Shown piece by piece: positions 63,129 to 64,000 of a stretch of DNA of 64,000 bases. Source of the stretch: Malacoraja senta (taxonomy: Eukaryota); contig CM075990.1 of the NCBI GenBank assembly GCA_038087875.1, positions 15,996,001 through 16,060,000 of the forward strand, given 5' to 3'. Under the pieces are notes generated by a model, which saw nothing but the letters and a program-made list of their open reading frames with translations, had not been told where the DNA came from and did no database searches. The stretch's first letter is position 1. Every line of letters starts with the position of its first letter. A program made the position numbers and the translations under genes.

Positions 63129-64000
63129 TTATAAAGTCCTTTCACATTTCATCATTGAAAATGATGCGCCTGAACAGTGAAGACATAACATGGATATGCC
63201 ACACTGAAACTCAGTGACGGTACTTTCCCATGGGTCTGTGTGGCCAAGAACTGTCAGAAGGCAGTGTACACAAATACCACTCCAGTAAGTCACGTGATCC
63301 AACACTGTAAATACAAAAGCTGCTGAAGCTTACGAAACAGAACACTTGCAGATGCAACATTCTACTGCAGTGCTACTTTTTAATCACATTGTCCAGAAAC
63401 TTGACAAAGTATTTTAACCTTGCACACTGAAACACCACTTCCCAAGAATAAATCACAAAGCATTCGATTCAACAATTTAGCTTCCTAAGGAAATAACATT
63501 TTAACCTAAACAAAACAAAATCAGACAGTAAAACTTCCTGAGCATGTCTTGGACTCTCCTGAGCATGTCTTGTTTTAAGCGGCAAAACACATGAAATGCT
63601 CGTTATTTCTTAGGTAGTTAACCAAATGACAGGGACGCTTGGCCAAAGACAAATACCTGGAGAGATCTGCATTAATACAATGATGCAACATGGAAAAGTA
63701 CATTCACTTCAACTTCACTTGTTCTTTGTTTAGGTGGAAAAAGGAAGCTTCAATTAGCACAACTGCATTCTCATTGCCCAACGGCGTAATTTATCTATAT
63801 GTGAAACTCATCGGCCAACTGTCTTTCCTAACAGCAACTTTTTTGGATTATAGAGAAGATATATTTTCACCCAGAGGATAATGAAGGTATGGAATATAAC
63901 TTGGAAGGATAGTGGAGGCAAACCAGTCACGGTATGACTGGTAAATAGCATTTGGGTTGACAATTGCTGAGGGAGCCGAAAATCTGGACTAGATTAGCTG

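Noticed and set aside
63535-63572. Short direct repeat TCCTGAGCATGTCTTG x2
   Set aside because: Simple local tandem duplication with no further structure

Overview
Eukaryotic, intron-rich vertebrate DNA. The repeat content (HE1-like SINEs, CR1/L2/Rex1/RTE fragments, Penelope-type termini) suggests a cartilaginous fish, probably a skate or ray. The whole window lies inside one minus-strand gene, DLG5 (MAGUK scaffold). I can place 21 coding exons with GT-AG boundaries and consistent phases, from the human exon-2 equivalent (62511-62579) to the exon just before PDZ3 (1733-1889); exon 1 and the 3' exons lie outside the window. Two exons have no counterpart in human DLG5 as I recall it (28119-28349 and a candidate cassette at 5634-5744), and one exon (22503-22688) has a +1 frameshift with an immediate stop. 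Most ORFs in the track are spurious. The most striking signal is two different ~140-160 bp retroposons (20689-20827 and 62836-62996). Each has a 12-bp target-site duplication and an (AAG)n tail, and each begins exactly with a compact 52-54 nt HDV/CPEB3-like ribozyme fold that lacks P4; the two copies covary in P1, P2 and P3. The introns also carry roughly 20-25 short Penelope-type insertions with a minimal hammerhead-like core, fold-back inversions and 10-16 bp TSDs, a full-length Passport-like Tc1 element with an open DD34E transposase, and several PIF/Harbinger-type MITEs.
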